Source: Acidobacteriota bacterium (GTDB lineage Bacteria > Acidobacteriota > Thermoanaerobaculia > Multivoradales > Multivoraceae). From it: a stretch of 64,000 nucleotides of DNA. Positions 26,542 through 35,383 of this stretch are shown piece after piece. The number at the start of each line of letters is the position of its first letter. Within the stretch, counting starts at the first letter, position 1. A model generated the notes under the pieces. The model did not search any database and was not told the origin of the DNA. It saw nothing but the letters and a program-made list of their open reading frames with translations. Position numbers and translations under genes: made by a program. Location of the stretch: contig JAPPFP010000006.1 in NCBI GenBank assembly GCA_028877275.1, positions 576,775 to 640,774 of the forward strand, read 5' to 3'.

Positions 26542-27828
26542 ATGGACCGAAGAGCACTCTCGATCGTTGCGCTCGTCGCTACTTTGTCGTTCGGTTGCGC
26601 CGCGGGTCCTCCAGGTGAGGACGCCGTGGACACCGATTCGTCGCCCGTGGCGCTCCTCGAGCAGGCTCGCGTCATCCACGAACGCGTGCTGGTCCTTGAC
26701 GCCCACGCGGACACCGAGCTTCCGGATGCGCCGTCTCCCTACGTCGGTGACGACGGCCTGTCCCAGGTCGACCCGTCCAAGCTCCACGCGGGCGGTGTCG
26801 ACGCCGTCGTCATGTCCGTCGCGGTCGGTTCGGGGCCGCGCACCGCGGAAGGCTACGCAGCCGCCCGGTCAAGGGCCGACGAGGAGGTCGCGGCGGTGCT
26901 CGGGCTGGCTGCGGACCCGGCGAACAATGCCGTAGTCGCCCGGTCGGCCGACGAGATCGTCGCTGCCCATGAGCAGGGCAAGGCAGCGCTCCTTCTCGGC
27001 TTCCAGAACGCCATGATTCTCGGCACCGATGTCGCGGCGCTGGACGACTTCTACGACGCCGGCGCGCGCGTGTTCGCTCTCACGCACCTGGGGAACAACG
27101 ACTTCGCCGATTCGTCGCGCCCGGTCTTCAACGCGGCGACGGGCACGCACGAAGCGGCCGAGCACGGCGGGCTGTCCGACCTGGGGGTTGCGGCCATCGA
27201 ACGGATCAACGCTCTCGGCGGAGTCGTCGATGTGTCCCAGTTGTCGCGGGAAGCCGCCCTCCAGGTGCTCGAAGTCTCGACTACGCCGGTCATCGCCAGC
27301 CACTCCAACGCGAGGCAACTCACCGACGTCAGCCGCAACCTGAGCGACGAGGAGATCGACGGCATCGGCGCGATCGGCGGTGTGGTCCACGTCTGTCCGT
27401 TCCGGGGCTATCTCTACGATTCGAGTGATGCCTCGCTCGACGAGGCGATCCGGGAGGCGCGGAGCGAGGCCGGCGTGCTCGAGGACTACCTCTATCCCTT
27501 CGAGCTGTACTGGGAGATCGACGATCCCGCCGCCAGGTCCACCTTCACACAGTCGATCAGCGACCTCCTCGGGCCGGGTAGCGTGGATGCAATGCTCGAC
27601 CACCTCGACTACGTCGTCGAACGGATCGGCGTGGACCACGTCGGCATCGGGTCCGACTTCAACCACGGCGGCGGAGTGGAAGGCTTCGCCGACGCCAGCG
27701 AGGCCCTGGGCGTGACCGTTGGCCTGCTCGAACGCGGCTACGACGAGGCCGACATCGAGAAGATCTGGGGCGGCAACTTCCTGCGGGTGATGCGGGCGGC
27801 GGAGGCCGCGAAGACCCCGGTGGAGTAG
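26542..27828 (+). CDS. Membrane dipeptidase (peptidase family M19), lipoprotein
   Basis: M19 motifs VLDAHADT and HSNARQL are present, with GIGSDFNHGGG near the C-terminus. The lipobox is LSFGC. The track ORF was trimmed from 26026. Confidence 0.85.
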   Translation: MDRRALSIVALVATLSFGCAAGPPGEDAVDTDSSPVALLEQARVIHERVLVLDAHADTELPDAPSPYVGDDGLSQVDPSKLHAGGVDAVVMSVAVGSGPRTAEGYAAARSRADEEVAAVLGLAADPANNAVVARSADEIVAAHEQGKAALLLGFQNAMILGTDVAALDDFYDAGARVFALTHLGNNDFADSSRPVFNAATGTHEAAEHGGLSDLGVAAIERINALGGVVDVSQLSREAALQVLEVSTTPVIASHSNARQLTDVSRNLSDEEIDGIGAIGGVVHVCPFRGYLYDSSDASLDEAIREARSEAGVLEDYLYPFELYWEIDDPAARSTFTQSISDLLGPGSVDAMLDHLDYVVERIGVDHVGIGSDFNHGGGVEGFADASEALGVTVGLLERGYDEADIEKIWGGNFLRVMRAAEAAKTPVE

Positions 27829-27895
27829 TGGCCGTTCAGCCAGTAGTGGCGTACACTAGAGACATCGATCTCATCCCGAACCGGAGGTCCTGAGA

Positions 27896-28999
27896 ATGAA
27901 GCGCACCGCGAGCTTGCTGTCGGCAGCCGTCCTCCTTCTCGTCTTTGTCCCGGCCCTTGCGGCCCAGGACGACGGGATTCCACGAACGGCCAGCGGCCGG
28001 CCCGATCTGAACGGAACCTACGACGCCGCCACGCTGACGCCGCTCGAGCGACCGGTGCATCTCGGCGAGCGGGCGTACCTGACGCCGGAGGAAGCCGCCG
28101 AGATCGCCGAGGAGGAGCGCTTGATCCAGGAGGGCGCGGTCCAGCGCTCGGACGCGAACCGCGAGGCACCGCCCGAGGGTGGCGCCAAGGTGGTCGGTCT
28201 GGAACACACCGCCGGCGGCGGCAACGAGTTCGGCGCCGGCAACGTCGGCGGCTACAACCTGTTCTGGATCGACCGGGGAACCGACACTTACCTGGTCGAC
28301 GGCCAGATCCCGACCTCGATCATCATCGATCCGCCGAACGGCCGCATGCCGCCCATGACGGATGCGGCGCAGGCGCAGTTGAGGGCCGCTCTCGCCGGCA
28401 TCATCCGCCCCAACGACGGCACCGCCTGGTGGGTCGAGCACGACGGACCCGGACCTTACGACGGCCCCGAGTCGCTCCCCACGAGCGAGCGTTGCCTCGC
28501 CGGCTTTACCGGCGCCGCACCGACGTTCCCCAGCCTGTACAACAACTACAAGCGGATCGCGCAGACCGAGACGCACGTCGTCATCCTGCTCGAGATGATC
28601 CATGATGCCCGCATCGTGCGCCTCAACTCCGAGCACCCGGGGCCCGAGGTCACGAAGTGGCTCGGTGACTCGATCGGCTGGTGGGAAGGCGACACCCTCG
28701 TCGTCGACACGACGAACTTCCGTGTCGGCGGCCGCGGGTTCCGCGGCGGCTCGGAGAACACCCACGTCGTCGAGCGCTTCTCCGTGCAGCACGATGGCAA
28801 CGTGATCTACAACTTCACCGTCGAGGACGACACCGTCTGGACCGCTCCGTGGACCGGCGAGTACCTGTGGAAGGCCGCTGAAGGCCTCGTCTACGAGTAC
28901 GCCTGCCACGAAGGCAACTACTCGATGGGCGGCACCCTCCGCGGCGCTCGTCTCCTCGAGTCGGAGGCCCTGAGCGGAGCGAGCACCGGCGCCGAGTAG
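27896..28999 (+). CDS. Secreted protein of unassigned family, paralog C (longer, 367 aa)
   Basis: There is a signal peptide. The shared motifs are SGRPDLNGTY, SERCLAG, GWWEGDTLVVDT, VVERFS, WTAPW and YEYACHEGNYSMGGTLRGAR. Confidence 0.65.
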   Translation: MKRTASLLSAAVLLLVFVPALAAQDDGIPRTASGRPDLNGTYDAATLTPLERPVHLGERAYLTPEEAAEIAEEERLIQEGAVQRSDANREAPPEGGAKVVGLEHTAGGGNEFGAGNVGGYNLFWIDRGTDTYLVDGQIPTSIIIDPPNGRMPPMTDAAQAQLRAALAGIIRPNDGTAWWVEHDGPGPYDGPESLPTSERCLAGFTGAAPTFPSLYNNYKRIAQTETHVVILLEMIHDARIVRLNSEHPGPEVTKWLGDSIGWWEGDTLVVDTTNFRVGGRGFRGGSENTHVVERFSVQHDGNVIYNFTVEDDTVWTAPWTGEYLWKAAEGLVYEYACHEGNYSMGGTLRGARLLESEALSGASTGAE

Positions 29000-29062
29000 G
29001 CGCGGCTTCGGGCCGCGTCGCGGCGCATCGCGTCACCCCTGGGTCCCACCCGCCTGCGTCGC

Positions 29063-29219
29063 TGCCGGAGGGGAGGGTCCCAGGGGACGCTTGCGCCTTC
29101 TTGGTTGAAGGGGAGGTAGGGCGCTCGCTGTTGTCGGCTGCGCTCCGTTTCGGCGGTGATCTCTGTAGGGGCGTCGGAAGTCGCTTGCCTCCGACCCCCT
29201 GGGACCCTCCCCTCCGGCA
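29063..29219. repeat. Inverted-repeat element: 24-bp perfect terminal inverted repeats (TGCCGGAGGGGAGGGTCCCAGGGG / CCCCTGGGACCCTCCCCTCCGGCA) flanking ~109 bp of internally structured sequence
   Basis: The inverted repeats were read directly. The inner sequence has nested palindromes (GCGCC..GGCGC, CCTTCTTGGTTGAAGG). A third partial copy, CCCCTGGGTCCCA, lies at 29034. Confidence 0.5.
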
Positions 29220-29352
29220 CCGCCACAGGCTGGACGGCGCCATGTCGCGGCACGACGGCGTTAGCTCTGGGTGCGCGGGTCTTCTGACCCGCGCGCGGCG
29301 GCGACTTCGCCACGGCTTCGACATAGGGTCCGCCGGGACCGCTTGTCGGTGC

Positions 29353-29370
29353 GCCGGCCTTCTGGCCGGC
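29353..29370. repeat. Palindromic box GCCGGCC-TTCT-GGCCGGC, copy 1; about 65 bp incl. downstream MRAAK start is duplicated at 42741-42807
   Basis: The aligned segments 29347-29410 and 42741-42805 share 28 of 29 core positions, plus AGCGGCGA-GCCYGAGT downstream. Confidence 0.5.
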
Positions 29371-29382
29371 ATCCGGTGAGTC

Positions 29383-29823
29383 GTGAGAGCGGCGAAGCCT
29401 GAGTTGACGGCTGGACTATCTGGCCTGGACCACGAGTGCGGCAAGGACGGTCCGGTGGGTACTCCTTGCTGTTCAAGGATCAAGGCCGATCCCAAGGTCG
29501 TCGGAGGCTTCAGTGTCCTGAACGCGCTCGACGATTTCGGCCGTGAGCGGCTCTCGAAGCAGGAGGGATGGCCACGTCACGCGGTCGAGGCTTCCTACCC
29601 AAACGGAGTCCGTGAGATCGAACCGGAGCCCGGCGAGCCCGACGACGACGACCTCGCCCAGGCGATCATCCTCGCCGAGGCTGCGATCGAGGCAGGGTCT
29701 GGCGATCTGGACGTTGAGGAAGTCGGCCGGCGGTTCTGGCTGTGGGCAGAGGAGAATGGCCGCGGTATCGGGATTCAGACCGCAGACGTCTTGTCGCTGA
29801 TCGGCGGTGCCAGGCCGCGCTGA
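29383..29823 (+). pseudogene. ADP-ribosylglycohydrolase-like N-terminal fragment (146 codons, GTG start), likely 3'-truncated remnant
   Basis: GGFSVLNALDDFG, PDDDDLAQAIILAEA and RRFWLWAEENGRGIG resemble the ARH/DraG N-terminal motifs (GxxxGDAxG, DDT, FxLW...G.G). A full ARH is about 300 aa, but this ORF stops 50 bp before the next gene. Confidence 0.35.
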
Positions 29824-29874
29824 GCGCTGTCACGACTCATGCAGCCCCGCGCTGCGTGTGGTCCTCCGTTCTGG

Positions 29875-31032
29875 TCAACGTCGCGGTTGCCGGCGCGGTG
29901 CTCGGTGCCGGAGACGGCGCCAGCTCATCGCGAGACCAGTCCAGACCAGGACGGAGACGCCGAGGGACACGACGCCGGCGATCGTCTGCCCGACCACGCC
30001 GTACACCTCTCCGGTGTGGGCAAACCGCAACCAGCGGCGAATCTTGAAGCCGCGCGTGAAGGTCGGATAGCCGGCGCGCCCGACCAACTCGCCGGTCGCC
30101 CGGTCGAACAGCAGGTCCTCGCGCTTCGACGGCTGGCGGCCCGTCCCGCGGTCGACCGTAACCACGACGGGATCGTGAGTCGACTCGGGAAGGTCGATCG
30201 TGAGCGTCCGCCATCCGGGCGTCCCGGCGCCGGCCTTCGCGGCCAGTGCCTGCAGCTCGACAAGCGGGGTCGCCGGGTCCGGCGCGGCGGATGGGGTCTT
30301 CCACACGTCCGGCTGCGGCGGCCGCGGCGACTGCTGAAACGGTGGCGTGTCGCCCGCCAACCGATGGACGAGGTCGGCGGCCCATTGATACGAGATGGTG
30401 GCCCCGCTGAAGACGATGATGACAAGCGGAACGGCCGACCAGAAGCCGATGACCTTGTGCCAGTTGTAGTCGCGCGCCCGCCCTCTGAGGCGGGGGCGAA
30501 ACCATAGGCCGTGTTTCCAGGCGGCGCGGCTGCGGGTCGACGGCCACCAGAGGTAGATCCCGCTGACGAGCAGAAACAGGAACCCGAGGTTGGCGGTTGC
30601 CACCACCGTCCGACCGATGATCCGGTGTTCCCCGTCGAGAGCGAACCACCGGTGCCAGTACATGACGCTGCGGAGGAAGCGTCGCGTCCGCGTGTCGCCG
30701 TTGCCCAGCCGCTCGCCGGTGAATCGGTCGAGGTAAACGGTGGCTCCATCGTCGAGCCCGACGACCGCGGGCTCTCGCGGATCCCTGTGCAACTCAGCGG
30801 AAGTGACGGGACCGGCGGGCGTCCCGCCGGCGACGCGCGCGATCAACTCGTCGAGCCCGAGCGGCGCGACGCCCGGGGAGGGTGGGTCGGCGCGATAGTC
30901 GCGCAGCGCCCACTCGTTGAGCTGCGCCTCGTAGGTGAGGATCACGCCGGTCACCGCCAGCATGAGGATCACGACGGCGGCAGTGACGCCGACCGCCAGA
31001 TGGATCCAGAAGAGCGCCCTGCGCAGGGACAT
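29875..31032 (-). CDS. PepSY-associated TM helix protein (PiuB-like)
   Basis: The N-terminus is MSLRRALFWIHLAVGVTAAVVILMLAVTG. The topology is 4 TM helices around periplasmic PepSY domains. Confidence 0.8.
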   Translation of the reverse strand: MSLRRALFWIHLAVGVTAAVVILMLAVTGVILTYEAQLNEWALRDYRADPPSPGVAPLGLDELIARVAGGTPAGPVTSAELHRDPREPAVVGLDDGATVYLDRFTGERLGNGDTRTRRFLRSVMYWHRWFALDGEHRIIGRTVVATANLGFLFLLVSGIYLWWPSTRSRAAWKHGLWFRPRLRGRARDYNWHKVIGFWSAVPLVIIVFSGATISYQWAADLVHRLAGDTPPFQQSPRPPQPDVWKTPSAAPDPATPLVELQALAAKAGAGTPGWRTLTIDLPESTHDPVVVTVDRGTGRQPSKREDLLFDRATGELVGRAGYPTFTRGFKIRRWLRFAHTGEVYGVVGQTIAGVVSLGVSVLVWTGLAMSWRRLRHRAPRRQPRR

Positions 31033-31057
31033 GCCCCGGGCAGTACCGCGAGCGCTC

Positions 31058-31306
31058 CTACTGCTGATCGGAGTCCGTCGCCTGCTCGGATTCGGCCGGG
31101 GCAGCGGCGTCGCCCTCGCCGTCGGAGTCGGTCCCGCCGGGGCAGGCCGTCGTCACGACGGCGGCCGCCGCGAGCGATCCGACCGCGACCGCGCGAGAAA
31201 GGAAGGAGCGGCGATCGACCCGGACAGTGGTGATGTCTTCGTCCGTCAGCGACATCGGCGTGCCGGGACGATTGGCTCCAGGCTCGCTGTTCTCCGATCT
31301 ACCCAT
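31058..31306 (-). CDS. Small protein with twin-arginine (Tat) signal and acidic tail (82 aa)
   Basis: The Tat motif is RRSFLSRAVAVGSLAAAAVV. GC3 looks coding. The gene lies 25 bp upstream of the PepSY gene. Confidence 0.4.
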   Translation of the reverse strand: MGRSENSEPGANRPGTPMSLTDEDITTVRVDRRSFLSRAVAVGSLAAAAVVTTACPGGTDSDGEGDAAAPAESEQATDSDQQ

Positions 31307-31423
31307 GACATTGCTCCTGCGTTTGGAAACTGGGACCGACTGAGTCCAGTATGGTAGAGACGCGGTCCTTAGGAGTCAAGCCGCGACCCGATTGCCGGAG
31401 CCAATGCGCGAGAACGAATCACG

Positions 31424-32722
31424 ATGGGCCACGACGCGCGGAGCGCCCAGATGACGACGGACCACACCGGGCCGGGATCGGCGAACCCTGGCGGCGCGTC
31501 CGCGCGTCACCAGCGTCACGGTCCGAGCGCCCGTCCGCGGGCGGTCGGACGTCACGACCGCGACTGGTACGCCTGGCTCCTCGATCCGCTGCCGCCGGCG
31601 GAGTTCGAAAACGACTACTACGAGCAACGGTCTCTTCACATCCGGCGCGACGAGCCGGCGTACTACGCCGGGCTTCTCTCGGTGAGCGACCTCGACATCG
31701 TGCTCGGCACCCACTCGGCCGGTCATCGCGACATCAAGCTGGTTCGTGCCGACGGCGACGTTCCCTCCCGTGAGTACGCGAACGACGCCGGCAGGGTCCA
31801 GCCGCTTGAGGTCGCCAGGCACTTCGACGACGGCGCGACCATCATCTTCAACCAGCTTCAGACGCGCGTACCGACGCTGGCCCGGCTGTGCGTCGCGCTC
31901 GGACGGCGCTTCTCGTCGCGGGCCCAGACCAACGTGTATCTCACGCCGCCCGAGGAGCAAGGCTTCGCCCCGCATTGGGACACCCACGACGTCTTCGTGT
32001 TGCAGATCAGCGGCACCAAGCGCTGGTCGATCTACGACACCAAGGTCAAACTGCCACTCCGGGGCCAGGGCTTCGAACGCGGTACGCCTCCCGGCAACGT
32101 CAGCGACGAGTTCGAACTCGGCCCGGGCAGCGCCCTTTACATCCCACGAGGTCTGATGCATTCGGCCCGTTCGACAGGGCAGACGTCGTTGCACATCACG
32201 CTCGGACTCACGGCGTTCACATGGGCCGAGTTCCTCGTCGAAAGCGTTACCGCGGCGGCGCTCGAGGAAGAATCGCTGCGCCGGAATCTCCCTCGCGACT
32301 TCGCTCGGGAGGGATTCCCCGTGGCCGAGCGAGAGCGCCTGTTCGGCGAGAAGCTGGGGTTCGTGCAGTCGCGATTCGATGCCGAGGTCGTGTGGCGCCG
32401 CTTCGCGGACGAGGTCCTGGCCGCCGACGTACCCCTGTTCACCGACCTGCTCAGCCAGCGGCTCCACGGAAACCGGCTGACGCCCCGCTCGCGGGTAAGG
32501 CGCCGAGCCGGGCTGCTCACCGAAGCCGTGACGGACAGGGAGTCGTGCCTCCTCCGGTTCGGTGGCCGGGAACTCAGGCTGCCGGCCGGCGTGTGGCCGG
32601 CGCTTCAGTTCGCGACGACGACTGACGAGTTCGCCATCGAGGACCTGCCCGACTGCCTGGATGCCGAGGGAAAGCTGACCCTGGTGGCGCGACTCGTCCG
32701 AGAGGGGGTTCTCCAGCGCTGA
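31424..32722 (+). CDS. JmjC/cupin-4 domain protein (ribosomal oxygenase YcfD/RoxA-like 2-oxoglutarate oxygenase)
   Basis: The Fe-binding HxD...H pattern is present (FAPHWDTHDVFVLQISGTKRW ... YIPRGLMHSA). Confidence 0.8.
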   Translation: MGHDARSAQMTTDHTGPGSANPGGASARHQRHGPSARPRAVGRHDRDWYAWLLDPLPPAEFENDYYEQRSLHIRRDEPAYYAGLLSVSDLDIVLGTHSAGHRDIKLVRADGDVPSREYANDAGRVQPLEVARHFDDGATIIFNQLQTRVPTLARLCVALGRRFSSRAQTNVYLTPPEEQGFAPHWDTHDVFVLQISGTKRWSIYDTKVKLPLRGQGFERGTPPGNVSDEFELGPGSALYIPRGLMHSARSTGQTSLHITLGLTAFTWAEFLVESVTAAALEEESLRRNLPRDFAREGFPVAERERLFGEKLGFVQSRFDAEVVWRRFADEVLAADVPLFTDLLSQRLHGNRLTPRSRVRRRAGLLTEAVTDRESCLLRFGGRELRLPAGVWPALQFATTTDEFAIEDLPDCLDAEGKLTLVARLVREGVLQR

Positions 32723-32767
32723 GCACGCTCAACGCTGACTGCTAGCGTCCGGAGTCGAGGTCCAGCA

Positions 32768-33967
32768 ATGAGAGTCCTGAAGATCATCGCAATCGGCGCG
32801 CTCGGCCTGGTTCTGATGCTGGCCTGTGCGGTCGGCCTGTTCTTCGCCACTGCGGGCGTCGATAGGCCGGAGGGCCAGGCGAGCCGCGAGGTGCTCGCGC
32901 GGGGGCCCTACCAGGTAAAGAGGCTTGATACCACGTTCGTCGACCGGAGCCGCCCGACGCAGGCGAACAACGACTTCGCCGGTTCGGACGTGCGGCGGCT
33001 CGTGACCTCGATCAAGTATCCGACGAATCCGAACGCACGGGGGGTGGCGCGGGAGGGCCGGCCGGCGAACGGCTTTCCGTTGATCGTCTACAGCCACGGC
33101 TTCATGTCCAGACGGTCGGAGGGCGACTACCTGGCGCGGCACTTCGCCAGCCACGGCTACTTCTTCGTTGCCGCGGACTATCCGTTGACCAACTTCGCGA
33201 GTCCGGGCGGGCCGCGTTTCGAAGACGTGGTTCACCAGCCGGCCGACGTAGGGTTCCTGATCGACAGGTTGTTGCGCTGGAACGACGACCCGACTCACGA
33301 GTTCTTCGGGACCATCGACCCTGAGCGCATCGGCGCGATGGGCCTGTCTCTTGGCGGCATGACCAGCACGCTTTCCGCCTTTCATCCGGAGCTCCGGGAC
33401 GATCGGATCGGGGCTGCCGTCTCGATTGCCGGACCCAGTGTCATGTTCACGCCCGTCTTCTTCGAGACGGCCGAAGTGCCGTTCCTGATGATCGCCGGCG
33501 ACGCCGACGCCATCGTCCCGTACGCGGAGAACGCGGCCTCGCTGCCGGAGCGGGCGCCGCGCAGCGGGCTGGTCACCTTGCGGCATGGCTCGCATGTGGG
33601 GTTCGCCGACATCGCCCGCTACACCTCCCGTTGGTCCAGGCATGGCGACTCGCTGGCGTGCGGCGCGCTCATGGGCGCGGTGGCAGAAGACGCCAACCTC
33701 GGCGACGTGGCCGGGCTGGGAGGACTGGAACAGGGAGTGGATCCCGGCCAGGCCAGCACGCCGTGCGATCCTCTCCCCACTGTGCGAGGGATGCGGCCGG
33801 CTCGCCAGCAGATGCTGACGATCCTCGCCGCCTTCTCGTTCTTCGAGAGCCGGTTCGCCGAGGAGGCCGTCGACCGCAAAGGGGCGGTCGACTATCTCGC
33901 CGCGGGACTGGCCGCCGAGAACGACGACGTGACGGTGCGACTGCCGGAAGCTCGACGCCCGGGGTGA
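32768..33967 (+). CDS. Alpha/beta hydrolase, PAF-acetylhydrolase-like lipase
   Basis: The nucleophile elbow is GLSLGG and the protein carries a signal/TM anchor. Confidence 0.75.
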   Translation: MRVLKIIAIGALGLVLMLACAVGLFFATAGVDRPEGQASREVLARGPYQVKRLDTTFVDRSRPTQANNDFAGSDVRRLVTSIKYPTNPNARGVAREGRPANGFPLIVYSHGFMSRRSEGDYLARHFASHGYFFVAADYPLTNFASPGGPRFEDVVHQPADVGFLIDRLLRWNDDPTHEFFGTIDPERIGAMGLSLGGMTSTLSAFHPELRDDRIGAAVSIAGPSVMFTPVFFETAEVPFLMIAGDADAIVPYAENAASLPERAPRSGLVTLRHGSHVGFADIARYTSRWSRHGDSLACGALMGAVAEDANLGDVAGLGGLEQGVDPGQASTPCDPLPTVRGMRPARQQMLTILAAFSFFESRFAEEAVDRKGAVDYLAAGLAAENDDVTVRLPEARRPG

Positions 33968-33978
33968 CGAAGCAGCGG

Positions 33979-35340
33979 CTAGCGAGGGGCCCCGACCAGG
34001 GCGAGCAGCGCATCGACTTCCTTCGGCACAGCCGCACTCAGGATCTCCGGTTCTCCTTCGGTGATCAGCACCGTGTCCTCGATGCGGATGTGGATGTTGC
34101 GCTCGGGGATCTCGAGGATCGGCTCGACCGCGATCACCATGCCCGGCTCGAAGGGCAGGGAGCTGTCGCCGACGTCGTGGACCGAGAGACCGACAAAGTG
34201 GCCGGCGCCGTGTGCCGGCTTGTCCTCGAAGCCCCAGCGCTCGTAGATCTCCCGGCAGATCACGGTCGTCTCGCGCCGGGTGACGCCGGGCCGCATGGCG
34301 GCGATGATCGCCTTCTGCGCTTCCAAGACGGCGCGGTAGGCGCGTTCCTGGACCTCGTCGAGCTTCCCGTTGACCGGCCAGGTGCGGGTGATGTCCATCG
34401 TCATGTAGGCGAAGGAGGCGCCGTAGTCCATGACGACCAGGTCGCCGTCCCGTAGCTGCCGGTCGTTCTTCACCCAGTGCCAGATCAGGCCGTTCGGCCC
34501 GGATCCGACGATCGCGGGGTAGGCCTCCATCTCGGCGCCGTGCTTCAGGAAGACGTGCTTGGCCGCGGCCTCCAGCTCGTACTCCCAGCCACCGGTTCGG
34601 GTGGCGCGGATGGCCGCCGCGATGCCGTCGGCGCTGACCTTGCCGGCGCGGCGCAGAACTTCGATCTCCCGCGGTGTCTTGATCATCCGCAGGCGGTCGA
34701 GGTGCGGCGTCAGGTCGCGTAGCTCTGCGTACGGATATCGGCTCCGGATCGTCGCGATCTGGTGGGCCTGCTCGGTCGGCTGGCCACCCCAGGGGTTCTG
34801 CTCGCGCCGGCCGAGGTAGAGGCCTTTCTCGCTGCGGGCGAGGTCGAGTTCGTCGCGCTCGCCCAGGCGCATCCAGAGCAGCTTCCCGGCCTCTCCCGGC
34901 ATCCGGCCACGGCGACGGGCCAGGTGCTCGGGCAGGTAGGCGAGGTGGTCGACCTCGAAGCCGCTGCCCTTGGCCTGCTCGGGGGCATGGAGCCAGTTCG
35001 GTCCGTCGATGAACTTCTCGCGATCGCCCTGGTGGGGCAGGTAGAGGCGGGCTTCGCAGCCTTCGACCTCGAGCAACAGGACGGCGTTACGACCCTCGTG
35101 CCCGGTCAGGTAGAAGAAGTCGTGGTCCTGCCGGAAGCGTGCGCCGTAGCGCGGCATCGTCTCGGAGAACATGAGCACCGCGCCGCCATCGAGACGTTCG
35201 CAGAGGCGCGCCCGTCGTTCCGCGAATTCTTCGGGCGGGTAGGTGGCTCGCTGAGCGGTCGCCACGGCGGTGACGAAGAAAACCGAAAGAAACAGGGCGA
35301 CGGGAGCGAGTCCCTTGGCGATTTTGGCTGTTCGAGTCAC
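33979..35340 (-). CDS. Xaa-Pro aminopeptidase (M24B, aminopeptidase P family), secreted
   Basis: The metal ligands of the pita-bread fold are DGDLVVMDYGASF, HGAGHFVGLSVHD and EPGMVIAVEP. The start codon is GTG. Confidence 0.85.
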   Translation of the reverse strand: MTRTAKIAKGLAPVALFLSVFFVTAVATAQRATYPPEEFAERRARLCERLDGGAVLMFSETMPRYGARFRQDHDFFYLTGHEGRNAVLLLEVEGCEARLYLPHQGDREKFIDGPNWLHAPEQAKGSGFEVDHLAYLPEHLARRRGRMPGEAGKLLWMRLGERDELDLARSEKGLYLGRREQNPWGGQPTEQAHQIATIRSRYPYAELRDLTPHLDRLRMIKTPREIEVLRRAGKVSADGIAAAIRATRTGGWEYELEAAAKHVFLKHGAEMEAYPAIVGSGPNGLIWHWVKNDRQLRDGDLVVMDYGASFAYMTMDITRTWPVNGKLDEVQERAYRAVLEAQKAIIAAMRPGVTRRETTVICREIYERWGFEDKPAHGAGHFVGLSVHDVGDSSLPFEPGMVIAVEPILEIPERNIHIRIEDTVLITEGEPEILSAAVPKEVDALLALVGAPR

Positions 35341-35346
35341 TTTTTT

Positions 35347-35383
35347 CCGGGAGAAACAGAGCGTGCTCTAGTTTTTTCTCCCG
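35347..35383. terminator. Strong hairpin flanked by T6 runs (outer stem CGGGAGAAA/TTTCTCCCG, inner AGAG-CGTG-CTCT) overlapping fumA stop codon
   Basis: This is the only T-rich stretch in about 10 kb of 70% GC sequence. A U-tract follows the inner stem on both strands. Confidence 0.35.

Noticed and set aside
29063-29219. Insertion sequence or integron
   Set aside because: No transposase, integrase or attC-like array exists anywhere in the window. The element is too small (157 bp) and has no obvious target-site duplication. I kept it as a MITE-like or structured element only.
28999-29400. Possible housekeeping ncRNA (RNase P, tmRNA, SRP, 6S) or tRNA in the gene-free island
   Set aside because: I could find no RNase P P4 (GGAAAGUCCGG) motif, no tmRNA tag or ACCA tRNA-like end, no SRP domain IV motif, and no tRNA T-loop GTTCRANYC. 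I could not run covariance models.
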